Positions 11,447 to 23,624 of a stretch of 35,458 nucleotides of DNA are shown here, in pieces. The stretch is from Trichoplax sp. H2. Taxonomy: Eukaryota. The translations under genes and the position numbers were made by a program. The stretch is taken from contig NOWV01000015.1 of assembly GCA_003344405.1 (NCBI GenBank), positions 868,001 through 903,458 of the forward strand, in the 5' to 3' direction. The notes beneath the pieces were generated by a model. The model saw nothing but the letters and a program-made list of their open reading frames with translations. It was not told where the DNA came from and ran no database searches. How positions within the stretch are numbered: position 1 is the first letter of the stretch; the number at the start of each line of letters is the position of its first letter.

Positions 11447-12534
11447 GGACCTCTCCAAATTTCTACTTTAAATTTCCAGTAGTCTATGTTCCTGTAGTCT
11501 ACTTTAAATTTTCAATAGTCTATTGTAGAATAAACACATCTTCACTAGACGCTAAGGACCACTTCAAATTTCTACTTTAAATTTTCAGTAGTCTATGTTC
11601 CTGTAGAATAGACACATCTTCACTAGACGTTATGAACCACTCCAAATTTCTACTTTAAATTTTCAGTAGTCCATGTTCGAGTAGAATAGACGCATCTTCA
11701 CTAGACGCTATGAACCACTCCAAATTTCTACTTTAAATTTTCAATAGTCTATTGTAGAATAAAAACATCTTCACTAGACGCTAAGGACCACTTCAAATTT
11801 CTACTTTAAATTTCCAGTAGTCTATGTTCCTGTAGAATAGACACATCTTCACTACACGCTATGAACCACTCCAAATTTCTGCTTTAAATTTTCAGTAGTC
11901 CATGTTCCTGTAGAATAGACACATCTTCACTAGACGCTATGAACCACTCCAAATTTCTACTTTAAATTTTCAGTAGTCCATGTTCCTGTAGAATAGACGC
12001 ATCTTCACTAGACGCTATGAACCACTCCAAATTTCTACTTTAAATTTTCAATAGTCTATTGTAGAATAAAGACATCTTCACTAGACGCTATGGACCACTC
12101 CAAATTTCTACTTTAAATTTCCAGTAGTCTATGTTCCTGTAGAATAGACACATCTTCACTACACGCTATGAACCACTCCAAATTTCTACTTTAAATTTTC
12201 AATAGTCTATTGTAGAATAAACACATCTTCACTACACGTTATGAACCACTCCAAATTTCTACTTTAAATTTCCAGTAGTCTATTGTAGAATAAACACATC
12301 TTCACTACACGCTATGGACCACTCCAAATTTCTACTTTAAATTTTCAATAGTCTATTGTAGAATAAACACATCTTCACTACACGCTATGAATCACTCCAA
12401 ATTTCTACTTTAAATTTCCAGCAGTCTATTGTAGAATAAACACATCTTCACTAGACGCTAAGGACCGCTTCAAATTTCTACTTTAAATTTCCAGTAGTCT
12501 ATGTTCCTGTAGAATAGACACATCTTCACCAGAC
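11447..12534. repeat. Minisatellite, ~14-15 head-to-tail copies of 78-bp and 73-bp unit variants
   Basis: Long unit ~GAACCACTCCAAATTTCTACTTTAAATTTTCAGTAGTCTATGTTCCTGTAGAATAGACACATCTTCACTAGACGCTAT; short unit lacks GTTCC. Unit starts: 11447 (compound), 11556, 11634, 11712, 11785, 11863, 11941, 12019, 12092, 12170, 12243, 12316, 12389, 12462. Confidence 0.97.
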
Positions 12535-15500
12535 ATGGATGCTCGTCCGATATTAAGCATATCTTCATATGAATGACGATATTGAGTGGCTGTTATTTCT
12601 GCCAAATTACCCGTGTAAATGAATAGGTAATCAATTTCGAGGAAGCTCGGACAACATTATAATCTATCTTGCAGCCTAAGTAAACTTTTGGATAGATACG
12701 ATGGTGGATGAGCTAGAAATGGTTCTTATCATTGACGACTAAGTAAATTACTAGCATAAATGAATGGATAAAAAATCTTCAGTAAGCTGTAAATGCCATA
12801 AAATCGCAATTGACTGTATCTGGTGACTGAGTTGTTTTTGGAGGGATGGGAAAATGAATAAAGTAAGAATGAATAGTATTGTATTAAAAAAATGTGAACG
12901 CAAATTTCATACCATTGCTATGAAATTGAAGTCTTCACTTTTTTAAATACAAAACTACTCATTCTCCCTTTTTAATTAAACAGCCGCGATAGTTGATAGA
13001 CCAGAAATGGTTCAATCTATCTGACAGCTTGAATCATTTTTAGATAGCAACGGTAGTCAATGGACTAGAAATAGTTAAAGCAAACTAGGTCAAGCTGGAG
13101 ATTTCTGTAGGAATAACTCACATGATAGAAAGTTACGGGCGATTGAACTCTCGGCCCATCAAGTCTAATCAGCATCAATAGTGCTGCCATTTTATGCAAT
13201 ACGATAGGCCTAAAGAGAAGTCTGCGGAAGATTTCACGGCGAATGTATTGATAAAATAGAATATACAAAAATAGGATCCAAAGAACTTTAAAACAACCCC
13301 AATTGCTATGTAGAAGACTTACTGGGCGCATATAACTCTGATATTAGCGTATATTAAATTAGAGTACAGAAATATTTTTACAACACGCTATGCCTTATTC
13401 AGGCATTTGATTGATCCTAGTTCATGCCAAGACGGATATCTCTTCGCTGTTGACCATATGCTTTGTGTATTTGTTAAAATGTTCGCTGTGTTACTCTTAT
13501 CCGATGGATTGCAAGTTCCAATGTCCAATTAAATATGGCTGATTCCGTAAAAATGCTGTTGGAATTCATGATTGGAATAAATAAACTAAAACAAATAAAT
13601 AAGTGCGTAAATAATGATATCATAGGCCACAAGAGTAAAACATCAGTTGCCAACATGCCATGTTACAGTGCTGCATATCAATATCAACATAGATTATAAT
13701 TTGCTAATTTACATTTTATGCTCGTAGGTAAGGTCAAGTCAAACAATATCTATAAGGCACATGGACATGATGATACAAGAATCCTTAGTTAAATCTCCCA
13801 TTCTGTGTGCAACTTTCACATTGCTGCCTATCTCGACCTATTTAATTTCAAGTCTTTAAACAAACTGCAATCGCAATCTGAAGATTGAAACCTATTTCAG
13901 TTTCATACATGATATAAACTACCAATTTTGCAACGCTTACTAATTGAATTATAATTACCAACCAATTCAGGTCGACCTGTGAATCATGATATTGTTAAGA
14001 TTCAATCCTTGAGCATGGATGGATACAACATGATGTAGGTCGTTATTTATTATTAAAGGTAAATTATGCACGCCGTCTATGATGGTAAACATCAATTCAA
14101 GGTCGTAATATTCTCAAATGCAGCTTAATATATTTCAAAATTTAAGTTTCACTAACTATTTCAAAAGGCGCATTTGCAATGATATTTCATTGTAGTCCAA
14201 CCCCAAATTAGCTTAAGATTACAAATAATTTATGTAATAATAAAATGAAGCTTACAAGAAACTGTACTTCTTGTTTTATTATTATTATAAAGATAGCTTA
14301 TCACATTCAGTTCACGAAAATCATATCACAGGCTCTGCTAGTAAACTGTATTATGCTGGCAATCATATTGCTAAATGGTCATCTTTTTCAGCAATGAGAA
14401 ATGCCTCAAGTAGAAATGTTTACGATACTGTCATCCAACAACATACGTAAATAAGATATTGTTATAGCTGTGCTACCTTCAATGCACCTACGAGAATATT
14501 TACTAACAGTTTTAATCCATGAGCCTAGTGACGACGCACGATTGGATGTATAGGAAATGACCAACTAATTATAATTTAACAAAGATATTCAATTAATAGA
14601 GATTTATCTTAGGTATGATGAATCATGGCTGAATTGTATTATACTACTAATCCTATCATCAAGCCTATTTCAGAATTAGGGATGTGCTAAATAATAAATA
14701 GAGCAAGTCTCTTCACTGAAATACTTACGACAATGTCATCCAACTCCATGAACTAATACCCTATGGCTCTACCTGCGTCATTCTTAACGTACCTAAATTT
14801 ACTTGCTTGTGACCAACCTTTTATTGTATCTTAACCATATTATTGCAACGAAATTTTAGCTAATGTAGACTTTAGAATTATACTATAGTATTCGGTCGTT
14901 GAAACTAAATTATTTGGTGATTGATAGAGCGAATTTCGCCTCTTTAATTCAGCAACAGGCGTTCTTCGTAAGCATTGGCGTCTGTAGACTACTTTGTCAC
15001 TAATGGTGTGTGATAGTAATTATATCATCAAGCCTTTTTTCACCATTACCGTATGCATATTTACTAAACGAGTTCTTTTAATAAAAATAGTCACAACAGT
15101 ATCATGCAACATATATGAACACAGTACATTGCCATACTTGTGTAACTCTTAATGAACGCATCTAAAATTACTCATTTATAAATAATTTTAATAGGAATAA
15201 GTTATACACTACTCTTATGTGTTACCTGAGCTCCATCAGTTTAGAAATAATAGTCAAGAAGGCTAGCTAATACGTGCATGAATTCAACAGCAATGTGGTT
15301 TAGCTCTTAACCATCGTATTATTATAAATTATGCTGTATAACACTATACAACAAGATTATATACGGTCTTCTTCACCATTTTTACTTCTATACTCTTACC
15401 GTAGAAATTCTTAATAATTCAGGATATCGTGTAATAAGTTCTACATATTCCGCGATTAGAATTACATATATAGTATTTCAAACCAAGGAGATACAATAGA

Positions 15501-15957
15501 CAGCTGGTTAAGTCAAGAAAAGTAACTTAGATTCTAACCTAATGACTAAATTGATTAAAAATCGATCTAACGATATAAAAGCTGCAAGGCTGAAGCTGAG
15601 CAAATGAATGCTGGAGATTCCAGTACATCTAGATTTCGATAGATTGCGGCTATAATATATTAAGTTATCTTTTTGCAGCTGTAATAAGCAAGCAACAGCG
15701 TGAAATAGAGCAATAATTAATTATTGACAGAAATTATAAATTTGGGATGCATATAGTTATGCCTATGATGCCTACATTAGATATTTACAGCAAGTCAAAA
15801 TCATGTATTAGGTAACAAATAGCTCTCTTAGTGAACTTAATTTTAAGGTAAAAATTTTCAAATTGAACACCCACTATACGTAGAACAATGATAGGCAGAT
15901 CTTAGGAAAGCATTAGGATGCCTTTCAATGCTGATAGTGTGGTTCACTGTCATATTG

Positions 15958-17853
15958 CTAATCATGACGATATTGTCGAAATAGTAATGGGTAGCTAGTC
16001 CTTTCGATGTCTAATTCATTTTCTATCAACTTTCTAAGTAGCATAGCAAAAGCTTTTACAGGCTTGTCTTGATGAATAATCCCTTGATAATCACTGATAT
16101 AACAAGAAAGGACATTATAATAATCACGATCAACGTATCCATCCGGTCTTTGGAAGTTGAATCCGCAGTTTAAATTAATAACCAATGGCGCAAAACATTG
16201 TCTACCTTCTATCGTCTTTTTCCGAATCTCTTGCATCAACTGGCTTGAAAAATGGACAGCAGGATCAAAATAGAATAGGATACTATTCGTCAGATTAATA
16301 GGCTGTTGAAGAACCTGTTTTAACGGAGAAATAATATCACTTGACTGGGCAGTATCGTCGATCCAGAAATATTTTTTCTTTAGTCTACTTTTCTGTAATT
16401 TCGCTTTAATCTTAGGAGTACTTGTAAACCCCTTGTCTATAATCGTAAGTGTGAAGTGATCGCTATCTAGGCTTTGGGCATACCATTTCTCGATTTCCAG
16501 GACTGCTCGCAGTACAAGTGAATACTTGTGATCATGATTAATCATCATGATCATATTCACAGGTGCAGTGTTGGACCATTGAAAGTCGGCGTCATAACAC
16601 CACTGATGATTGGTTTTATTTTTGTAAAAGTACTCCGACAACTGGTAATGTTGGCTACCTTGGGCAACTTTTAGTTCGATAAAATATCGACTTCCTGCGG
16701 ATGGATCTAGCTTCTCTTCAACGCGAATAGTCTGTAACAATGTTAGTGGTTTGCCTATCTGGTTATAATAACTCTGATATCTTGTAAAGATGTCTTGAAC
16801 AACACTTTTAGCAGCTCCTTGAGCTAGAGCAGGAATTAATTCAATCTTTCCACGTACAGGAGAAATATAGCTGCGAAATTCATCACCAAATACACGATAT
16901 GCTACCGCCATAACTTGTTGAAAGCGATTTCGAGTTGTCAATAAATAATTAGGAAGGCGATTATGACAGTATTGTAAGCTACTAGAATGAATGATATCAT
17001 CCGATATTACGAATCGTTGGAGATGATAAAATTGAACGATTCGATTAAGTTGGTAATTAATTTGGTAAGGTAGATGAAATGATTTCCAATCAATTTTCCA
17101 CCCTTCAACGTGATGGCTAGCTTGTTTCTGAGCTACCGAATTGGCTATATCATCTTCTTGCAATAATGATATATGACGATGACTGATTACGCCTAAATTT
17201 TTCTCAATTTTTCCATCATAATATTTCCATTTGACTGCTAAAAATGATTTTGTATTACCAGTCACTTGTAAAAGCTCTATCCAATACTGACGACCTTTTT
17301 CCATATAAATCCATGGGCTTTTTGTTGGTAATTTAATCCTCAAGTTCATCCTTTGCGAACCTAGAAAAGTATGAGCAATACGAAATATATTCCGACTGGT
17401 ATTATCTCGACTTAACCATAACTCGCAGCTGGATTTACTGACAAGTTCAAATGTGTATAAAGCGTTGAATGGTGGATGAATAAAACCTACTATTCGGTTA
17501 CCAACGTTAACTGGCGACTGATCAACTTGTAGTCTGTCTACTGACCGACAATGTAAAGGTTGGAAAGGAAATGTCTTTGCTTCCTTCAAATCATCGATAT
17601 GCTCTAGGCATCGATTGTGATTAATCCATTGGTATAAGCATAATTTACCGTCGAAATCTTTAGGTGTTTGTCCCTTGCAATGGCACGAAATTGAGCCTAT
17701 CTTGGACTTTATCCTTAGTGCGCCTAAGTTGGTCTGATTGAAATTATTAATCAATAACTGCATAGGCCGGCGGGTATCACTTCCAAAATCAAAGTAAAAA
17801 ATAACGATAAATATAATGACAATCAGTTGTAAAAATATAAATTCCACCTTCAT
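15958..17853 (-). CDS. G3: B4GALNT3/4-like type II membrane protein (TM + PA14 + degenerate GT-A domain), probably catalytically inactive
   Basis: 631-aa ORF with TM anchor, PA14 GNRIVGFIHPP..YTF...CELWLS, and VEEKLDPSAGSRY block. DLH replaced by DPA; WGGED region missing (~6 aa shorter than G2); His cluster lost. Confidence 0.88.
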   Translation of the reverse strand: MKVEFIFLQLIVIIFIVIFYFDFGSDTRRPMQLLINNFNQTNLGALRIKSKIGSISCHCKGQTPKDFDGKLCLYQWINHNRCLEHIDDLKEAKTFPFQPLHCRSVDRLQVDQSPVNVGNRIVGFIHPPFNALYTFELVSKSSCELWLSRDNTSRNIFRIAHTFLGSQRMNLRIKLPTKSPWIYMEKGRQYWIELLQVTGNTKSFLAVKWKYYDGKIEKNLGVISHRHISLLQEDDIANSVAQKQASHHVEGWKIDWKSFHLPYQINYQLNRIVQFYHLQRFVISDDIIHSSSLQYCHNRLPNYLLTTRNRFQQVMAVAYRVFGDEFRSYISPVRGKIELIPALAQGAAKSVVQDIFTRYQSYYNQIGKPLTLLQTIRVEEKLDPSAGSRYFIELKVAQGSQHYQLSEYFYKNKTNHQWCYDADFQWSNTAPVNMIMMINHDHKYSLVLRAVLEIEKWYAQSLDSDHFTLTIIDKGFTSTPKIKAKLQKSRLKKKYFWIDDTAQSSDIISPLKQVLQQPINLTNSILFYFDPAVHFSSQLMQEIRKKTIEGRQCFAPLVINLNCGFNFQRPDGYVDRDYYNVLSCYISDYQGIIHQDKPVKAFAMLLRKLIENELDIERTSYPLLFRQYRHD

Positions 17854-19818
17854 TATACTGTAGCTTGATATAGATTTTTATAGTATTGGAAGAAAATATG
17901 GTATAATGCATTCCAAGCAATTGGTAATTCTAAAGCCACAAATTTTCACTGTCATCGAAATAATTTCATGAGGAAATAATGATGAAAGTACTAATAATCC
18001 ATTCGGTTATTACTTAGGTAGTTTTTAGGGTAGAGTCGTGAGAACATTAGCGATTGACCAAATTGAATTAAAACCGCATAAATACGGGTAGCAAGACTGA
18101 AATTAATCAAAGATAAATGGCTTTCTTTTAAAACTAGCCGACAAAAGAGCAAGCGATATTGCAAGTATTATAATTAATTTGCTAAAAAAATTTTAAAAGT
18201 TTCTGTCATTCACCAGATCGAATTCGAATCACGTAGATTGTAAAGTTGAAATAAATTTAATGGTAAAATAGTTCCATCTAAATTCGTAGATTTTGCCTGG
18301 ACTATGCTAGCTTAACCGACTAAAAAGTGTTAAAAAAGTTCGCTAAATATTAGTAATGCAAAAGGTTGAATTCAAACTATATCGATGGCAGAGTTAAAAT
18401 AAAGAAAAAGTCCGCAAGTTTTCATTTACATCTACTCTGTCTATCTTAGCAGAAATGGAAGACGCTACGTTTTTTATGGCTAACCGATATAGAAAATTCA
18501 CTACGTGATCACGATTGTCAGCAATATAGTCTTTATTCAGCAAAAATCTAAAACAGAGATTTTCCAAGTGTTCAATGCGTGATTAATAGGGTCAACATCT
18601 GTTGCCTTTATTGACATACAAGCACTTGTTCATAGAATAGAATCGCGTTCTTTTTATAGTTTATTACAGACCACTAGGTTATAGTATTGATTAGGAAAAC
18701 AGAAAAATTTCCACACTCCATAGCAAAAAAAACAGTATAAATTAAAGTCAGATCTAATATCAAGAGTTAATAAGGCTTGTGCTATTCCATCATCACGATT
18801 TTATTAGGGTTTTTTTCGAATGTTGAAATACGCTTATCGCAGCATTTCATCAGAATAGTTATATGATCATACACCGTATACATTGGTGCAGAGAAATTAC
18901 AGATACGATAGATTACCTTGATAATTTTACCAATGGTTTAAATCAATTTGAAAGTAAAAATCTTATAGATTAGCAGTATCAAGGTTCAATCCGCACTTAG
19001 TTACGTCAATTTTGCCATATCTGGAGTTCGTCCATGTCTTGGCAATTGTGTATTATAGAAATTACATTTACTTTTAAATCGATTTAACAGTATATTCTTG
19101 AACAATATCGCACATGCTATCGACAGTTATACTGTGTTCACAATCTTTGAAATCAATTTAGAAGTAAGGTCATATATAACAATATTATCAACATTCAATA
19201 AGATCTTTACACATTAACTCGTCAAATTATTATAGCATTTATCAATATATACTCGTACTTATATTTTCCTTACAAAAAATAACCTCGTAAATACGGCAGA
19301 GAAATCTTACTTTATTCATTTTATAAACCGGATATAGTATAGTTTTTTAATCAGTTAGAGTTCTTTGAAATAAAAATCTTCCTGTAGTAGCAATTTATTA
19401 TAGATAATCGCAGGTAAACTCTATATTCCACGAAATAGACCACACATCGTATCACTTTTTTGAGGGTTCAGATTTCAGAATCACTTACAATATAATCTTC
19501 CTGGACAGCATTAACAAGGCTCAATAAGCTACCTACATACTGCTATGTGCATCAAGGGATATTAATTTGTTATAATCAGACAATTAAAGGTAAACCTTAT
19601 ATCCCATGAAATAGGAAAGTAGGTGGAAATAGTTTATGAAATTGACTTTACCGAAAAATTATTTCTCCTCTCCAAAATGAAAAGACCAGATCATTTGCGA
19701 TAAGTTACATAGACATCTATATCGAAAGTAAAATTGAGATGGATTAGGAAAAATAAATTGAGCAAACCGATATACACAATAAATCCATGGAATATCTTGC
19801 CACAATTTCCTTATATGA

Positions 19819-21792
19819 TCAAATATGAAATAAGAGAGCAACATTAGCAACAAAATCGTCTACGGTACCTTTCTTCCATGGTAATCGTCGATGAAAATGA
19901 TGATATAATTTGGGATGGCAAACGCGCTCAATATCGTAATGATGATAAAGTAATTGATTAAGGAATGCAGAATCTTCACCACCCCATCGATAACGAAACT
20001 GTGATGCATTATAACCGCCAATACGCAGAAAATCCTCTCGATAAAGTGCCATAATACCAAATCCATACTCTTCCCATTCCCCATTTGGATCATTCGGTGA
20101 TGCATTACAGTGTAAGCGTAGCAAAATGGGCATATAGACAGTTTTACCGGGAAAGCAACGCTTACGAACATTGTCAATTAGATCAAGAGGTAAATTTAAG
20201 TGTAAATCATAAGCTACAATAATGCTGCGACGATTATTAATGGCTTGAACGCCAGCATTGATACCAGCACTTCGACTAAATCGTTTATGTTTACGTCCTA
20301 ATTGGACTAACTGAATTTTCTTAAATGAGCTGCTACGCAATAAGGCTGGAATGTCGATGTCGGTACTGCCGAAATCAACCAAGACAACACTAAAATATTC
20401 ATCATGGCTGGTTTGATAGTATTGATTAACTTGATGAAGAAAATATTGAACCCAGTAACCCTGCTGCTGAATCGCTAAAATAATGCTAACACGAATCTGT
20501 TGATTCCATTCAAGTTGATTAATTCGACATAATTGCTTAGATTCCTTGTTTCGATAGAAATAGTCTGCAATTCGCCAAATTGCCTTACTCTTAGAATGTT
20601 GGATTAACATTTCTATAAAGTAACGATTACTTGCTCTAGAATCAATTTTCTCCTCTACATTAATAATTTCAACAATAGAGTAGGTACGATTTAATTTAGA
20701 CCTCAAGTTGGTCATATAATCTGTAATAATGGATAGCGCTAATGGACGACTAAACGGCGAATTACAAGCTACAGCTTTATCGTCATTATAGTATACAAAA
20801 TCGTTTCGACCATAAAACCGATGATTACGCATTAAATACACGAATGTTGGACCTTGTAAATCTACCATTGGTTTAGTAATTCTTTGTATGTTTGTTGGTG
20901 TAGAATAAGGACAATCGGGTAAAATTTGTCTTCGAATTTCAACATCTAGTAATGACTTTAAGGATAGCAAGGATTGGTTATTAACGGTAACATGATGTTT
21001 AACAATATTTAGTTTCTTAACTTGGCTACCAAGTCGGACTATTCGCTTTGGTTGATGGCTATTGGACTTGTAACTACATTGACGTGGTAAGGATAAAAAA
21101 GAACTGTTAATTACCTGAAATGATGTTTGATTTCGACCATCAAAGTATCGCCACTGGATAATTACATTTCCTTTAACTTTAGCCTGTGTATGAAGAATTT
21201 CTATAAAATAATCTTCTTCCCTTTTTAAGGCTACTATATTACTTGATTGATCATCAATTTGCCAACGACTTTTAGTGACAATATGTTTAAGATGAGAAGG
21301 ATTATGATCAGTGCTTAGCCATAATTCAGCAATGCCAGTTGTATAAACGCGAAACTGATAGTACGCCGTTTTAGGTGGCCTTAGTAGGCCAAAAGCGCGT
21401 TCACCATATAGTTCTAATGGGTAAGACCATTGAGTTTGATTAACCCATGTATGCAATGTTGGATGATTCGGAAATGATGAAATTTCTTTTAAATCATCAA
21501 TTTCATGGATACAATCATGCAGATCTTCCCAGCGGTATAAGTAAAGTTTACCATGCTTAGTCATCGATGGATGACTAATGCAATAGTCCGATTGTGCAAT
21601 GGGTGGATGATGAACTAATTTAAGTTTCCATAATCCTTCAAAGTTAGGCTTGAAGCAATCATTTAAATGGAAGTGAATTAATTTATAACTATAGATCATA
21701 ATAAGTAAGAATAAGATTAATGCCATGATGACTAATTGACGATTTAACGCATTAGCCATGATGATAGAAATCACATGTGCTTCCTGCTTCAT
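19819..21792 (-). CDS. G4: beta-1,4-N-acetylgalactosaminyltransferase 3/4-like, motifs intact
   Basis: The ORF track start at 21804 is GTG; first in-frame ATG is 21792 (alternative 21759). TM anchor, PA14 YGERAFGLLRPP, and VDFGS, FSRSAG, YDLHLNLP, WEEYGFG, WGGED, YHHFH. Confidence 0.9.
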   Translation of the reverse strand: MKQEAHVISIIMANALNRQLVIMALILFLLIMIYSYKLIHFHLNDCFKPNFEGLWKLKLVHHPPIAQSDYCISHPSMTKHGKLYLYRWEDLHDCIHEIDDLKEISSFPNHPTLHTWVNQTQWSYPLELYGERAFGLLRPPKTAYYQFRVYTTGIAELWLSTDHNPSHLKHIVTKSRWQIDDQSSNIVALKREEDYFIEILHTQAKVKGNVIIQWRYFDGRNQTSFQVINSSFLSLPRQCSYKSNSHQPKRIVRLGSQVKKLNIVKHHVTVNNQSLLSLKSLLDVEIRRQILPDCPYSTPTNIQRITKPMVDLQGPTFVYLMRNHRFYGRNDFVYYNDDKAVACNSPFSRPLALSIITDYMTNLRSKLNRTYSIVEIINVEEKIDSRASNRYFIEMLIQHSKSKAIWRIADYFYRNKESKQLCRINQLEWNQQIRVSIILAIQQQGYWVQYFLHQVNQYYQTSHDEYFSVVLVDFGSTDIDIPALLRSSSFKKIQLVQLGRKHKRFSRSAGINAGVQAINNRRSIIVAYDLHLNLPLDLIDNVRKRCFPGKTVYMPILLRLHCNASPNDPNGEWEEYGFGIMALYREDFLRIGGYNASQFRYRWGGEDSAFLNQLLYHHYDIERVCHPKLYHHFHRRLPWKKGTVDDFVANVALLFHI

Positions 21793-23624
21793 TTTTACAG
21801 CCACTATACTGTATTAGATGGTTTAGGATCTATTGCATAGTTAGCAATGTAACGAGATCCAGAATCTGAGATTTTGAGCTTTCCTTTCCTTTAGTCTACT
21901 TTATTTGGAAGCCCACGCCAAGCGCGATATCATACACACGTTAACGAAACATAAGAACTGTGACAACAAATCAGCTCTAGTACGAACATAACTTTAATAC
22001 TATATCCTAATGCACGTGAATATTTGTGGCATGTGATCTTAATCTAGTAAAGTAGATAAGGTGTAGATAAACCGTAAATACATATATATATAATAAAATT
22101 AAAAATAGTATTGTACGATATCTAGGATTCCCAACGTTCTATGGCGCATACACTACAAGGTAACAACCAGTAGTTTACAGGATAGGCGATGTTGCGACAA
22201 GCAACACTGGTGCAATGAGTAGGCTTGTAATGTGTCGACAATTAATAAATAAACCATAACCAGATGGCTACCACAAATTGATTCGTATTTGAAAGATCTT
22301 TATACAAGTTAATCCTATTTTTAATGACTTTATATATAATTAAACCATTCTTGGCCATCCAATGAACGACATAGATATTTCTGGAATGGATAGATTTGTT
22401 AAGATTTAGACTTGGTTGAAGATTTAAATGTATCGCGTTTTCTCTGCATTTCTCGAAGGTAATGATAATGGCAAGAGCTAGTTTTAGAAGATTATTATGC
22501 GGCTCTTATCATTTTCATTTGTTCTTCTCAATAATACTGATGTTTTATAATAAGCATAGCAACATTTTTGTACTAGCATGCCATTGATGGAGCATATTGT
22601 GCCATTTCAGCTTCTGTGGCGATTAAATTGCGGTGCAGCTGTTGCCATTTCCACTCCATCATAACGGTAAAATTAGCCAATGCAAGGCCTACCGAAAGAT
22701 CACATGATACCTATCATTACTATTTCTAATTCTTCCTATATATACTACAAGAACAGTTTCTTTTAAAATAACTGGCCATCGATGTTAAAATGATTCTGAA
22801 AGTAGTATATAATCCAAATCAATACATGTAATACTATTACTATTCACTTGATAGCATCATACCTGTTAGTTACGTTATATCCATCACGATCGGATTTTCT
22901 ACCTTCAAAAAATCTTTCTTTCGCACGTATTATTACGAATTACGAGTAAATGGTCTCATGCACACAATTTAAGTAAGGATTTTAGGTAAAACAAAGAAAC
23001 AAATAAGGAAATAAATCGACATCTAATTTCTAAAAATGGATAAAGTATAGATGTAGAATTAATCAACCAAACTTAAGATACAGAACTGAATAAATTGGAT
23101 ACTTTTTTATTGATGTAGAAATAATTCTCAAAGTATTCTGATATACTGTAGTATAAGAAATTAATATATGAGTAATGTTTTGCCCATTTATAGATAGTAT
23201 CAAGCTTGTAAGTTATTGCCTTTAAAGAATTTGGATATTTAACGTTAATCTCTTTCAATATAAAGCTGGATATTAATTGATTATCCTTTCTCAATATCAA
23301 GAATTTTAATACCTTGAGAACATGGAAAATGGATCCAACGCTATTAGTTATCATCTAGCTCCCGAAGACCGATAAGTCGTACGTATAAATGAAGAATAAG
23401 TCGATGATATATACAATTCTATGAATTGCAAATTGTTTACACTAGATCTTGATTTTATTCTGACAAGATACTCGTATTAACCTTTCATCTGCGTAAAATC
23501 TGAAGATAAACATCGTATGGTTTTATCATTTTCGATATAGGCCTGCACCAATATCGATTTATCCGAAAGGAAAAGTTTCATCCATAATAATGTAAAATTA
23601 TTGCGACGTCAATTCATTTAGTAA

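Noticed and set aside
11556-12018. Coding tandem repeat (78 bp = 26 codons)
   Set aside because: Stops occur in the frames examined, 73-bp units break frame, and the ORF track shows nothing here.
11447-12534. CRISPR array (AATTTCTACT...GTAGA resembles the Cas12a repeat)
   Set aside because: The whole unit repeats with no unique spacers, there are no cas genes, and the context is eukaryotic.
10953-13656. Short ORFs 10953-11150, 13065-13331, 13474-13656
   Set aside because: Under 90 aa with no recognisable motifs; expected by chance.
19659-20177. ORFs 19659-19853 and 19860-20177
   Set aside because: Alternative frames overlapping the G4 3' end and UTR.
22400-23354. ORF 23073-23354 with a faint leucine-rich-repeat-like stretch and nearby broken frames
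   Set aside because: AT-biased composition, only one imperfect motif; cannot be supported without a search.
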